Assembly: GCA_964422585.1 (NCBI GenBank)
Contig: CAYRBH010000005.1
Location: 3,401-67,400, forward strand
Direction: 5' to 3'
Length of the DNA stretch: 64,000 nt
Source: an uncultured Gammaproteobacteria bacterium
GTDB taxonomy: Bacteria; Patescibacteriota; Patescibacteriia; UBA1558; 2-01-FULL-52-15
The position numbers were made by a program, and so were the translations under genes. Positions 39,101 to 47,759 of the stretch are shown here, in pieces; position 1 is the stretch's first letter; the number at the start of each line of letters is the position of its first letter. The notes beneath the pieces are model-generated. The model worked only from the letters and a program-made list of their open reading frames with translations. It was not told where the DNA came from and ran no database searches.

Positions 39101-42100
39101 TAGGTAAGAAAGATGGTTGCTTGCTCTTCCTCGACATGAGCAAGCGAGACGTGAAGAATTATAGCGCCTTTGCCAGCTATGATAAGAGCGATGGTAACAA
39201 TGGCGGTCTGGTGCAACCAGTGTCATGCGCTGCAGGGGACCCGAATTGCAGTAATGATAGCAATACGATACTCAAGGTGCAGCGTGATCGACAGTGCTCA
39301 GAGTGGCTCGCCTGCCGCAGCGCTACTGAAGTCTTCGACCCGGCGACCAATTCGTTTAGACAGGTCTGTGATCAGGTAGGTACCTGTACCAAGTATTCCT
39401 CAGGGAGCGACATTTTGAACTGTGCTCAGTGGGCGCAGCCATCAACCCAGCGACTCGAGTATGGTTACTATGTGAATCGTTCCATCAATTTCGACGCGGC
39501 TGATTATAGCGGATACTCTATCTATAATGATTATCCGGTCGGTAGCCTCGAGTTGGTCGATATTAGCCACATGGACACCACCTCTGGCGGAGTCACTACT
39601 GAAGGTCCTGACGCGAGGAACCCTGATTATCGCTTGGTACGTGTCGTTGACTCATGTAATAGCACGACATCCTACGGGCAGCCATGCGGGCCTATCGATC
39701 CATTGAATCCGGTCGATAAGCTTGGTAGATGCTTCGCGACGAATAAATGCGTGGTCGGCATCGACGGCAGCAATTTCAGCGCCGACTCTGATTTCGTCAT
39801 CAAACGCTCGACTCGGGCCTATGCTGAGAAAGACTCACCGTTCCCTTATTCGGTCGTGGAGAGCGACCAGGGTGATACGCGTACAGTGAAGTTCGGCTTC
39901 CAGCAGGCGCATATCTGCGATACGGCGACCGCTTCATGCGAGGATCATTACTATAAGTTCCAATATGGCGCTGCTAATGCCATCACGAAGTATTTTTCAG
40001 CTGATGTGCAGCTATCAGGTGGCGCGATACCGACCTGCGTATGTCAGGGTGGTCAGCTTGATAACCAAGAATGTTCGACCAAGGATATCGAAGGAGCATT
40101 CGCGTGCAGTAGTGCGAGTGGTACGACGACTGGCTCCTGTCAGACAGATGCCGATTGTAACAAGAATGGTAATACTGGACAGCGATGCTTGCCTGCTCCT
40201 GACGGTAAGCTGTCAGCAGAAGAGCGCTGCCCCGATAATGGTAGCCCGCTGTATTTGAGGAGATCAGATAGCTTCCTGAACTGGCCTGGATTCTGTCTGG
40301 AGAAGGATAATCGGGCTAATATCAATGCGTCGCAGACCGAGCATGCCTGCCTGAACTGGTTGCCGGTAGATAATGCGCCGGTAGGCTATGATTTCTATAA
40401 TCAGAATAGAGAAGCTGGCTACTCCTACAAAGCCCCTGCTTATTATTGCCTCGAAGTGGGCCTGTTCGAATTCCGTCATAAGGTGAATGTGGGATGTATG
40501 TGTTCAGGCGACTGTACTACAGGTAATTCGAACATCAATCCTGACCCGCGCTACTACCATACTGAATGGGGTCCGAATTGTGGCTCATGCCATAGCTGGC
40601 ATGCGTGGGGCAATAGATATGTATGCTACATAGTCCCGAATGGCGGAGAAGGTTCATATCCCTACAATGGCGACACTATAGCGACTTGGTATGGCCAACC
40701 TCTCGAAGATAAGCCAGACAGCAGCTGTCAGGTACTGGGTATGGCAGTGGATGCCAAAGGCGAGAATGCCGCGATGACCAACTTCTTCTGGTCGGATTAT
40801 AAGGGTGGCGCGGGTTATGCTATAGGCGATAATCCTATCGGTACCAGCACAGCGCCGCTCGGCTATAAACTCGGTCAAGACGATAAGCCATTCGGCTCAG
40901 CAGTACCCACGGGCTTTGGATTCGTGACCGACCAGCTGACTATGCAATCTTCGCAGAGCATACCTCGCGCTGGCAGCCCCTATGCGTGTAGCAGTACCGC
41001 AGCTTCCTGCGCGCTCTGGGATCCAATTAATAATTCGCCACTGGCAATACAAGGTTGGAAAAATCCGCCGTTCGTGGGGAATGAAGGCTATACGATCGGT
41101 GTCCGTCGCTTGAAAGAGATCTATCGTAAGATATTCAATATCTATCGATGGGGAAATGGCAATACTTGCGACAATATGATCTGCGGCCGCACTGATGATG
41201 GGCCGAATGCTAGTGGCGTCAGCCCGGAGCATGGCGGTTATTTCGGTGGACAAGCCTGTGATCCTGCTGATGCGAATTCATGTAACAATACGCCGGGCGT
41301 GACATCGTGCGCACCAATCATTCAGAAATGTGTCAACTCGGTATTCAATAATCAAACTAATCCATCGTCTTCCCTGACATCGAACTGCCAGACCTGCCGG
41401 CCAGGCGATCTTGTCGAGAGGACTCCCGATAAACGTTGTATGAGCTCGACGCTCTACACTGATGCGGCCTCCTGTGAATCTGCTACCTTATGTACTTCCG
41501 CCTATCCTGGAGGAGCCTGCGCTGTTGATCCAACCGATGCTTCAGGAAGGTATCGATGCTACAGCGCGAAGTTGGCTGGTAATGATTGTAAGATCCCAAC
41601 CAATCCTGACGGTACACTCATCGCTTCGTATCTGACCTGTAATCAGACGACACCGGGGCAGCCAGGCACCTGCTTCTACAATGGTGAAGATACCCAAGTG
41701 CCGTGTAATTCGGTCAGTGATTGCACGGCGAATGATGATGGTGACCCGAACAATACTATCGGTACATTGGCGGCGACGAATAAGACAGCGTATTGCGCGG
41801 ATAATAACTTAGAAGGCACCTATGATTATGGCACCGGAAGCTTCTGCCTTGGTGAGCCATTCTCATTCGGTGATAATATCGGTAACCCGAACGCCTACCT
41901 CTTCAATGGCCCGCCGGTACACTGTGAGGGCGGCGCCAATCCTGCGACATACACGAATGCGCTTGGCTATACCCTTACCGGTCCGGATATCTGTAATTTC
42001 CACGGTATGTGCTTGGCCTCATTTGAAGTCAAGAACGCCAGCGGAGCATTGATGTGCAAGCAGCAACCTGAGAAAGGCTATCTCCCGCTCTGTAACCCTG

Positions 42101-42966
42101 ATATCGAAGATTGCACAGGCCTTGATCCGCAATGGATAATCAAGAAATCAGCTCTGCCGCTCGATATAACCGCTTCATCCAGTCTCGATGGCCTGACATC
42201 GGTACCGGCCTATGCGCCATATATCATCCCGGCGGTGTGTGATGCTTCCGGCGTGAAGTGCAAGCAGTCAACTTCGACGAGCCAATTCCAGGTACCGAAT
42301 GGTCCCGCGGATCCACATAATGATAATGGCTTCAGTGTCAATGATAAACTTGGCACCGACGCGACCCCGCAGAACAATATCATCGATGGTTTCCAGAATC
42401 TGCTGACATCGCTCAAGTTCTACATGGCATCGGATAAGAACCATATGCCGATCCGCTATATTGATCTTGATTGGGGCGATGGTTTGGCGCAGACTCGCAT
42501 CGGTTACTATAAGAACTATATGGACCAATGCGGCGACCCGAACGCTTTCGGACCGAAGACTCCGCCGGTCGCGCAGTCACATCTCGATTATGCGGCAACT
42601 GATCAGGCCTGTCGTGAGGCCTTCAGGAACTATCTCCACGTCTATGCCTATGATCCAGCCTATACCTGCAGCCGCTGTGATAATGATGCGAACCGTAGCT
42701 GTGGTAGAGACGAGGATTGTGCTGGTGGCGGCAAATGTGACCCGGCGAAGCGAGGTATTGATGGAGCCGTAGCATGCTATCGCCCGCGCGTCATGCTGCA
42801 GGACAATTGGGGCTGGTGTACGAATGGAGTCTATGGTCTTACTGGCATGGGCTGTAAAGATCCTAATGTAATCAACAGTGGCCTGCCTCCATCGCCGCCT
42901 TCTTCGAAATCAGCCTATGTGAATTATCCGGGTATCATCATGGTGTATAAAGACGCTAAACCCTAA
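33115..42966 (+). CDS. Giant (3283 aa) secreted cysteine-rich protein, putative T4SS-associated adhesin
   Basis: Uninterrupted 9.85-kb ORF; signal peptide ending VHA; Cx6C and CxxxxDC repeats; CBM-like and PKD-like segments. Confidence 0.9.
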   Translation: MQAPKTNRKLFLRLVATVFCLSIFLIAAPLKPVHAQLSVFDPQQFVETIKEYIAKLKDISWRQAATVALDKAASSFINKLAQDAGNYLATGGKGQSSLVRRESFGSILRKDGEAALGNFVQDLSSETQLDKLGLNLCNPSAQLKANISLQLLDAGQPVPLGAAGCNIRDIQANWQRFAQNAGVVNVNVTTGSQLGISGGAIYGAPTAGTCQTSKGQCVLSGSNASYAGYCEQLSSSSQQLQTYCNTKADCAGGANCIIVTGDCSSNADCKGGSTCNLVSGGSCFTDSDCSGVGARCVGATSASSGVPWLDITKDFSPAEKLKTLNDLFSPQQSDLGAYTLLSTKEAELQAAEEKYKTLDLSTCNAYKDVGSKITDDYVHQNCDEIKALAAKTAPPSTAEETQALKSQGDNGFWLNAAKIFGRSLISGLLKKYIKAGSFSLAQLGQQTDLSQVRENIVQQLRGGVTSPLNALQVTNTLSTDQKPSLDKVDNFDYIATFSQCPDDRTLVELDNCTLDDNFASAIRDKKTVGDALADGTLRGDLPLISDLNTSLDGDPFCVRSGYCHSNIVRLRKYRVLPVGWEIAASLSPIDAPITLQDAVDCFDNNGKCKLDPASNIYYHLIDPNWVLKAPETQCKAMVYGPKPLSTEVAERQQYCADGVSCLAEDDNGTCTGGYGYCTKESNIWRFNGEQCPMQYASCTTYTRTSDKQVFSYLSNSVDTCDASENGCQWYSKSQDNVGTVDQPQYVWNPHDRIYFNKNVATCEADQVGCNEYVSLLTPGVNLVTNGDFDYFTASSSTNFSDPNWMNDTLPDTFDGWQGTANAFTTRDNAYYGSVGLHLQGGGRLSTNVITGILADKTYILSWYAKSASGNDCTTDVSIASPGSPAQSTTVTYTKDWKRFELSKSFDVNAQDTQATISFSGNCAAPTASDMYIDGVKFELNNQSSGFTQYAENGKTYLKSQNQCTKDDVGCDMYTATDSGIKVPGKIDSNDICPAECVGYQNYLELASQYDVLERLPLAPPAPRSVNFIASTAAACPANEVGCEEFTNEQEVAQGGEGKHYFSYVRQCVEDALGSTYYTLEGSDTAGYQVKTWRLLASDLPSGQPCTNVDIGAKNCIDGSTTPATCSAADLGTNLDCREFFDINGNPHYVLQSRVIISSTDCQAYRRTSTGTTFYALGSESRACSAQSNNCREYRGNQSGNLRTVFSDYFEQGTIDAWDSTLSSLSTEAVSTGGHSIVNRNPSDVLQSTLSRNAKSYPIDAGREIYMDFWMKNTGPVQVTMKADASTYFATTTMQVASDWQQYTVGPVYLDTAITATPSIQLTPVGANPIPAVYFDNIDFKESQTNIFLIKDSWKTPLSCDQPIPGAMLGCQEYTNKAGVSYDLRSFTKLCSTDVIGCQAFINTQNSTNPFQKIYNADDPSQVIVPADTISYLVYNEQNRCFSQSKGCSALGSPQLNLNLPEADPKYIDGYKVKTLINNPDTYDNTLCTDKGLFCEEYTNSDSQTVYFKNPRDRVCVYKENQNVNGKIVTGWFQKKSIDGGGTPIGCSDDGVLPIEDKDFQLSNNLDFNYQGWVGECSAQYDQCTEFRDPLDTQGDNALKNADFSLINPANGQPLNWNDHIWSWPYQSTPPANWLQTNPGLRYGISTFEPYGSMSFGQDFSNVDGSDVFAYSVDVNVQKMTHGMNSGVSANLSCHFDSPKDIDFCSTSTWTDPASTCTTTADCKAGGACTAGQCKYPTGNYDYSKPCGPNNSCSGNSMCYTFSWNACEGPGPDGTFNNRADDDFTNMQCAASTPTDDAACAAVPGRAGYKCLSWPYDKTKDRDLVLDYVTNANPYLYNQWQTLRRVVDLGADSGQRNVYECTFWLSATQNQYDQNNTNSSGGACAPAATYAYDLACGDTYCTRPGPDGKVGTADDIPTTVKCSTSTNPALPTVIGDAGCKAAPTGARPGTGDPAAVCGSTAAEPDTFWWTNPLFKKAKSYYYLNNDEIDTKTCNGQVGKKDGCLLFLDMSKRDVKNYSAFASYDKSDGNNGGLVQPVSCAAGDPNCSNDSNTILKVQRDRQCSEWLACRSATEVFDPATNSFRQVCDQVGTCTKYSSGSDILNCAQWAQPSTQRLEYGYYVNRSINFDAADYSGYSIYNDYPVGSLELVDISHMDTTSGGVTTEGPDARNPDYRLVRVVDSCNSTTSYGQPCGPIDPLNPVDKLGRCFATNKCVVGIDGSNFSADSDFVIKRSTRAYAEKDSPFPYSVVESDQGDTRTVKFGFQQAHICDTATASCEDHYYKFQYGAANAITKYFSADVQLSGGAIPTCVCQGGQLDNQECSTKDIEGAFACSSASGTTTGSCQTDADCNKNGNTGQRCLPAPDGKLSAEERCPDNGSPLYLRRSDSFLNWPGFCLEKDNRANINASQTEHACLNWLPVDNAPVGYDFYNQNREAGYSYKAPAYYCLEVGLFEFRHKVNVGCMCSGDCTTGNSNINPDPRYYHTEWGPNCGSCHSWHAWGNRYVCYIVPNGGEGSYPYNGDTIATWYGQPLEDKPDSSCQVLGMAVDAKGENAAMTNFFWSDYKGGAGYAIGDNPIGTSTAPLGYKLGQDDKPFGSAVPTGFGFVTDQLTMQSSQSIPRAGSPYACSSTAASCALWDPINNSPLAIQGWKNPPFVGNEGYTIGVRRLKEIYRKIFNIYRWGNGNTCDNMICGRTDDGPNASGVSPEHGGYFGGQACDPADANSCNNTPGVTSCAPIIQKCVNSVFNNQTNPSSSLTSNCQTCRPGDLVERTPDKRCMSSTLYTDAASCESATLCTSAYPGGACAVDPTDASGRYRCYSAKLAGNDCKIPTNPDGTLIASYLTCNQTTPGQPGTCFYNGEDTQVPCNSVSDCTANDDGDPNNTIGTLAATNKTAYCADNNLEGTYDYGTGSFCLGEPFSFGDNIGNPNAYLFNGPPVHCEGGANPATYTNALGYTLTGPDICNFHGMCLASFEVKNASGALMCKQQPEKGYLPLCNPDIEDCTGLDPQWIIKKSALPLDITASSSLDGLTSVPAYAPYIIPAVCDASGVKCKQSTSTSQFQVPNGPADPHNDNGFSVNDKLGTDATPQNNIIDGFQNLLTSLKFYMASDKNHMPIRYIDLDWGDGLAQTRIGYYKNYMDQCGDPNAFGPKTPPVAQSHLDYAATDQACREAFRNYLHVYAYDPAYTCSRCDNDANRSCGRDEDCAGGGKCDPAKRGIDGAVACYRPRVMLQDNWGWCTNGVYGLTGMGCKDPNVINSGLPPSPPSSKSAYVNYPGIIMVYKDAKP

Positions 42967-42968
42967 GC

Positions 42969-45527
42969 ATGCGGTCACTTACTACCAAAACAAAAAATAT
43001 AAGCCGGACATTCTGGATACTGCTCATGACCGTCGCGGTCAGCGGAGTTGGTATTTTGTTAGCGCATCCGGTCTATGCTGATTGGGTGCAGGATGTGTTC
43101 GGCCCGATCATACTCTATGGTATATTCTCGCCTTTCATAATTCTTCTGAACCTCCTGACCTATGCGTTGGTGAAAGTCGCTCTGTACAATGGTTTTGCTA
43201 ACGCAACCATCGTCAATATCGGCTGGCCGATCATTCGAGATGTCAGTAATATGTTCTTCGTGCTGATCTTGTTGGTTATCGCTATCGGTACGATAGTGAA
43301 ATGGGACAGAATCAATTACCGGCAGAACTTACGACGCCTCATCATCATGGCTTTGCTCATCAATTTCAGCAAGACCATCGTCGTTTTTTTCATTGATATA
43401 TCTCAGATTTTCACCCTAACCTTCATCAATGCGGTCAGCAGTGTGCTGCAAGTCGGTATGATCACGGCATTAGGCTTGAATAAAATAGCGAACCCGGTCA
43501 CTGAAGGATTGATAGATACCTCTACTCAGGCAGGTATCGGGTTATTTACCTATATCATGGCCGGCATTATGGTCGCGATAGCTGCACTCACGGTGGCAGT
43601 TATGGTCATTATTTTCGTAGTGCGTATCATTACTCTTTGGGTTTTGATGGTGTTCGCGCCGCTGGCTTTCTTGGCCAGCACCTTACCGCAAACAAAACGT
43701 TGGTATGATGAGTGGTGGGATGCATTAGGCAAGGCGCTGGTCGTAGCGCCGGTTCTTGCCTTCATGCTCTGGCTGGTGTTCGCGGTTGTTTCTAAAGATG
43801 CAAGTTTTGCGAATGTCGGTGGTTTCACAGGAACTGATCCCGCCCCCCAAGGCGTTGCCCCGGGCGACATCATCGCCTTCGCGACAGCTATAGGGCTTCT
43901 GATCTACTCTATCAAGCTTGCGATACAAATGGGCGGTGCTGGTGGTAAATTCGCTTCTGCATTGCAGAGCAAAGCAGCGGGCGGAGCTAAGTGGCTTGCC
44001 TATGGTTCAAGCGGCAAGGGAGGATTGGTCGGCTTGGTGAAGAGCGGAGCTACCGCGGCAGTGACAAGGCCGGTACAGACTGCGGGAAATATCGCAGGAG
44101 GAGCTTATCGTTTGACGGTAGGCGGCTTAGGAGCTGGCGGGGTACAAACAGTGGGACGTATTATCGGCAGCGAACGCATACAGCGTGCTGGCGCCCGAGT
44201 TAGAGAGGATGTTGCTGCGCGTGGTCGACGCTTTGATGCTGCTACGAAAGAATCTCGCGCTACGTTCGATTCTTCTCGTAATGTATTTGCGCGTACGGCG
44301 AGATTTGGTCTGGGCGTATTGAGCCGGCAGGAAGAGGATCGTCAGAAAGCCCGTGCTGCTATATATACAGGGTCTACTGCTCGCGAAGATTTGAAGTCAC
44401 GTGTCGATAATATTCAGAACCCAGTTATCTTCCCTGCCAAGAAAGCTGAGGAGGCTCGCCAGATAGTGAAGGATGGTCAGCTAGAAGAAATAGAGAAGAT
44501 GAGCAAAGCAGGCCAGCTTCCAGAGGGATTTGCACAGCAAGTCTTTGACCGCTTCATCTCTGATTCTGGTTTGACTGCCCAAGAACAGCTCGAGTACAAG
44601 AAGAAAAATCTGCGTTATGTGAAGGATAGGCAGGAACGGAAAAAACTTAATAATGAGCTTGCTGATGATAAGAAACTGCCGTCTCTCGATGATCTGCGTA
44701 GTAAGAATGCTGCTGGTGAAAACGAAGTCGCAGCAAATTTCGTGGCAGACGCCTATGGTCGTCTGAGTAAGGATGATTTTGGTGATCTCATGAAAAAGAT
44801 GCCGCGCGATCTGCAGGACGCTATCGCTAAAGGAATGCAGATCTCCATGCGTCGCTTATCCGATACTGCCACAGGGCGTGATCCGAAAGAAATTGATAAG
44901 GATCTCGAGCGCATACGCGGCGAGCTGATCAAGCGTGATCCTGATAATATACGCAGTACGTACTCGAAGCCAATAGAGAAGGGCCCTGATGGCCAGTATC
45001 GTTTCAATACTCTGGCTGCTTCAGATGAAGCGATCATCAGGCAGCATGTTCGCAAGCTCAAGCCGAAAGAATTCAGCAGTATGAAAGAGGACACCTTGCG
45101 CGACGTCGGTTACCATTTGGCACCGGGCGATATCGTCAAAGTTATCAACCATGAGGATATGAATCCTGAGCAGAAAGAGGCTATCATTGAGAGCGTCGGA
45201 AGCCACTTGGGGGATGAGAATATCAATGTTACCTTTAATAGCATACTCAAGAATGACCTAGTAGGAGGCGACACTCGAAAATTGGTACAAGAATCGTTGA
45301 ACCCTGCTAGCCCAGACAGCATTTTCAGTAAGCTGAAAACAGCTGGTGGTGATCCTGATGCAGCAGTTGCGGCTACAGATACCGATGATGTCGCTAAGTT
45401 GAAACAGCGTCTTGCCGCGTATCGTAAAATGAAAGTTGCTATAGACGCTTATGATACATCGAAAGGCGGCGGCTCGAAGCCGAAGGATTCCGCGACGCCA
45501 CCTCCTCCAGATAGCCGTACGCGTTAG
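42969..45527 (+). CDS. VirB6/TrbL-like polytopic membrane protein with long cytoplasmic tail
   Basis: GW..IRD..NM.F, LLINFS, R...LW.L...APLAF....LP...W..WW; Gly-rich linker. Confidence 0.75.
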   Translation: MRSLTTKTKNISRTFWILLMTVAVSGVGILLAHPVYADWVQDVFGPIILYGIFSPFIILLNLLTYALVKVALYNGFANATIVNIGWPIIRDVSNMFFVLILLVIAIGTIVKWDRINYRQNLRRLIIMALLINFSKTIVVFFIDISQIFTLTFINAVSSVLQVGMITALGLNKIANPVTEGLIDTSTQAGIGLFTYIMAGIMVAIAALTVAVMVIIFVVRIITLWVLMVFAPLAFLASTLPQTKRWYDEWWDALGKALVVAPVLAFMLWLVFAVVSKDASFANVGGFTGTDPAPQGVAPGDIIAFATAIGLLIYSIKLAIQMGGAGGKFASALQSKAAGGAKWLAYGSSGKGGLVGLVKSGATAAVTRPVQTAGNIAGGAYRLTVGGLGAGGVQTVGRIIGSERIQRAGARVREDVAARGRRFDAATKESRATFDSSRNVFARTARFGLGVLSRQEEDRQKARAAIYTGSTAREDLKSRVDNIQNPVIFPAKKAEEARQIVKDGQLEEIEKMSKAGQLPEGFAQQVFDRFISDSGLTAQEQLEYKKKNLRYVKDRQERKKLNNELADDKKLPSLDDLRSKNAAGENEVAANFVADAYGRLSKDDFGDLMKKMPRDLQDAIAKGMQISMRRLSDTATGRDPKEIDKDLERIRGELIKRDPDNIRSTYSKPIEKGPDGQYRFNTLAASDEAIIRQHVRKLKPKEFSSMKEDTLRDVGYHLAPGDIVKVINHEDMNPEQKEAIIESVGSHLGDENINVTFNSILKNDLVGGDTRKLVQESLNPASPDSIFSKLKTAGGDPDAAVAATDTDDVAKLKQRLAAYRKMKVAIDAYDTSKGGGSKPKDSATPPPPDSRTR

Positions 45528-45571
45528 ACGTTTTTTGTAGCTACACCTGAAATTAACAAACAAAAAGAAAC

Positions 45572-46867
45572 ATGCCTTTTGACTCGCTGAAAACGCTGCC
45601 GCCAGCAGTCCGTGAAGAATTACTTGATGACAAGTATGTTGCCTTTTTTGATACACTCTATGCGTCATATGGTTTGACCGGTGTTCAGGTTGCTGTCTAT
45701 GGGGACATTGTCCGAGATATTATATTCAAGAAGCGCCCGGTCCTTGATTTTTCTGAACTGCTAACACAAAGGATGTCTGACCCTCAGAACATTGACCTGC
45801 GTGGACTTGCACTGCAAACAGCGCTACATCGTTTCTGGCCCATTAATTACTATCTTGGTAATGTTGATCTTCTGATCCGCCGCCTCGGTGGGGTCGTGCC
45901 GGCCCCTGTGCTTCCTCGTATCGTCGAAGCTGATGATGAAAAAGGGGATGAGCCTGTGCCTGCGGACGAAGCTCCTCAAGAGGGCGGCTGGGTACAGGGC
46001 GTTGCGAAAGAGATACTGCGGCGCTACCAGTCCTATGCGGAGCTCTACCTCACCCAGAAGCCTATACGCGACAGTGAGGACCGGTTAAAAGCCCCCACCC
46101 TCAATAATTGGCTGCAGGACTATTTACATACCGTGGGAGCAGAAGGTACTGGTAGCTTGAAGCGCAGCAAGTATTTGACTCGGAGTATGAACGCGCTTGC
46201 TTTGAACGGCCCAGAAAAACAAAATCTGTTGAATTTTTTGCTTTCCTATGAGGAAGGCATGCCTATGTATTGGCATGTGGCTGAGCAGCAGTATTTGCTG
46301 ATCGAGGCAGAGATGCCTACAGAACAGGCGCAGGCGAAAGCTGCGCAGCAGTCCACCGAGCAGATGTCTGGACTCGTCGAGAAATATACTTCGATACAAC
46401 GTAGTTATCAGGCTCTCTTTGAAGAAAAGAAGAAAGGCCTGGAACTCGAGATCAATGGCAATAACGCAAAGATAGCTGATATCGTTTGGGATGCCCTGGG
46501 CTTAGGTGATAGCGAACGCTGTCTCGCCGCACTGGATTTGCTCATCGATCATCATTGGCTGCTGGAAACACTGAAGACCGATCATCGATTCCAGGGAATC
46601 GTCAGCAGGATCCTTGGAGTGAAGTATGGCCTTGAAGCAAAGAACACCTGGAATGGCGACCTGACGACCGGTATGATGCTTGCTCTGTTCTGGAAATTAG
46701 TGCTGGTGGATAAGCTTGGCCTGGATGAGATGACGGCAGCCATACTTGCTGATTACTATAGGAAGAAGCTCGAACTGAAGGCGAGTCCGGTCTATTTAGA
46801 CCTTAAGTTAGGAACATTCTTGTTTAGAGATGTCACGTATAAAGACAGGGCATTCAGTTTTGCGTAA
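45572..46867 (+). CDS. Hypothetical cytoplasmic protein (last gene of the giant-protein operon)
   Basis: 431-aa ORF, PTLNNWLQDY segment, helical character. Confidence 0.75.
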   Translation: MPFDSLKTLPPAVREELLDDKYVAFFDTLYASYGLTGVQVAVYGDIVRDIIFKKRPVLDFSELLTQRMSDPQNIDLRGLALQTALHRFWPINYYLGNVDLLIRRLGGVVPAPVLPRIVEADDEKGDEPVPADEAPQEGGWVQGVAKEILRRYQSYAELYLTQKPIRDSEDRLKAPTLNNWLQDYLHTVGAEGTGSLKRSKYLTRSMNALALNGPEKQNLLNFLLSYEEGMPMYWHVAEQQYLLIEAEMPTEQAQAKAAQQSTEQMSGLVEKYTSIQRSYQALFEEKKKGLELEINGNNAKIADIVWDALGLGDSERCLAALDLLIDHHWLLETLKTDHRFQGIVSRILGVKYGLEAKNTWNGDLTTGMMLALFWKLVLVDKLGLDEMTAAILADYYRKKLELKASPVYLDLKLGTFLFRDVTYKDRAFSFA

Positions 46868-46889
46868 TTGTTCGATACAGAGTATACGA

Positions 46890-46920
46890 AACAGCGGCGG
46901 GCCTATGGCCCGCCGCTGTT
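46890..46920. terminator. Perfect 14-bp hairpin between convergent operons
   Basis: AACAGCGGCGGGCC-TAT-GGCCCGCCGCTGTT. Confidence 0.75.
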
Positions 46921-46941
46921 GACGTCAGAGATAGTTCTTGG

Positions 46942-47511
46942 TTACTCGTTCGCCCGCTCTACATATTCACCGGTTTCAGTATTGATACGGATTGATTCGC
47001 CTGGGTCGATGAAGAGCGGAACACGGATTTCGATGCCGGTCTCAAGCGTCGCGGTCTTCGTCGCAGAGCCAGAGGTGTCGCCGCGTACTCCGGGAGGAGC
47101 GCTTTTCACGAGCAGGGTTATTTTTTTCGGAAGCTCTATGATGAGCGCGTTGCCATTGTAGAGGAGTACGTCCACGGCTTGCCCTTCTTTCAGATAACCT
47201 GCTCGTTCAGCGATGATGTCGGTGTCGAATTCATACTGTTCGAAGTTCTCATTGTCCATGAAGTAGAATTTGCCACCTTCGGTATAGAGAAAATTTGCTT
47301 TTCTGCGGCCGAGATCAGCTTCTTCTACCTTATCACCGCCCGAGAAACTCTTTTCGAGCATTGATCCGGTCAGGAGATTCTTCAGTTTTGTGCGCAGGGT
47401 CGCGGCGCTTCGAGCGACTTTGATATGCTGCGTGAATACGACCACATAGGGCTGCTCATTCAGCGTCAAGACTTTGCCCAACTTGATCTCGCTCATTGCT
47501 AGGTGTGCCAT
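46942..47511 (-). CDS. efp: Elongation factor P
   Basis: KLKNLLTG, FMDNENFEQ, PGVRGDT, LETG..I.VPLFI, TGEYVER. Confidence 0.95.
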   Translation of the reverse strand: MAHLAMSEIKLGKVLTLNEQPYVVVFTQHIKVARSAATLRTKLKNLLTGSMLEKSFSGGDKVEEADLGRRKANFLYTEGGKFYFMDNENFEQYEFDTDIIAERAGYLKEGQAVDVLLYNGNALIIELPKKITLLVKSAPPGVRGDTSGSATKTATLETGIEIRVPLFIDPGESIRINTETGEYVERANE

Positions 47512-47522
47512 AGTCTATCTGA

Positions 47523-47750
47523 TTACCTTGGCGTATAGGGGATCAGCGCCATATAACGCGCGCGTTTGATCGCGGTCGCGAGTTTCCGTTGATGCTTCGA
47601 ACAGACGCCTGATTTGCGTCGCGGCACGATCTTCGAATACGATGAGGTGTATCTCAGCAGACCCTGACCATTCTTATAATCAATGGTCTTCAGAGAGTTC
47701 ACGCAGAAATCGCATGCTTTGGTTCGTGGCTTAGTAGTAGTTGTTTGCAT
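47523..47750 (-). CDS. rpsR: 30S ribosomal protein S18 (Zn-binding type)
   Basis: CDFC, IDYKN, KIVPRR, CSKHQR, AIKRAR..ALIPY. Confidence 0.96.
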   Translation of the reverse strand: MQTTTTKPRTKACDFCVNSLKTIDYKNGQGLLRYTSSYSKIVPRRKSGVCSKHQRKLATAIKRARYMALIPYTPR

Positions 47751-47759
47751 ACAAGTGCT

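Noticed and set aside
33520-42772. Many short shadow ORFs within the giant gene and other long genes
   Set aside because: Antisense or alternate-frame, with no motifs or translation signals
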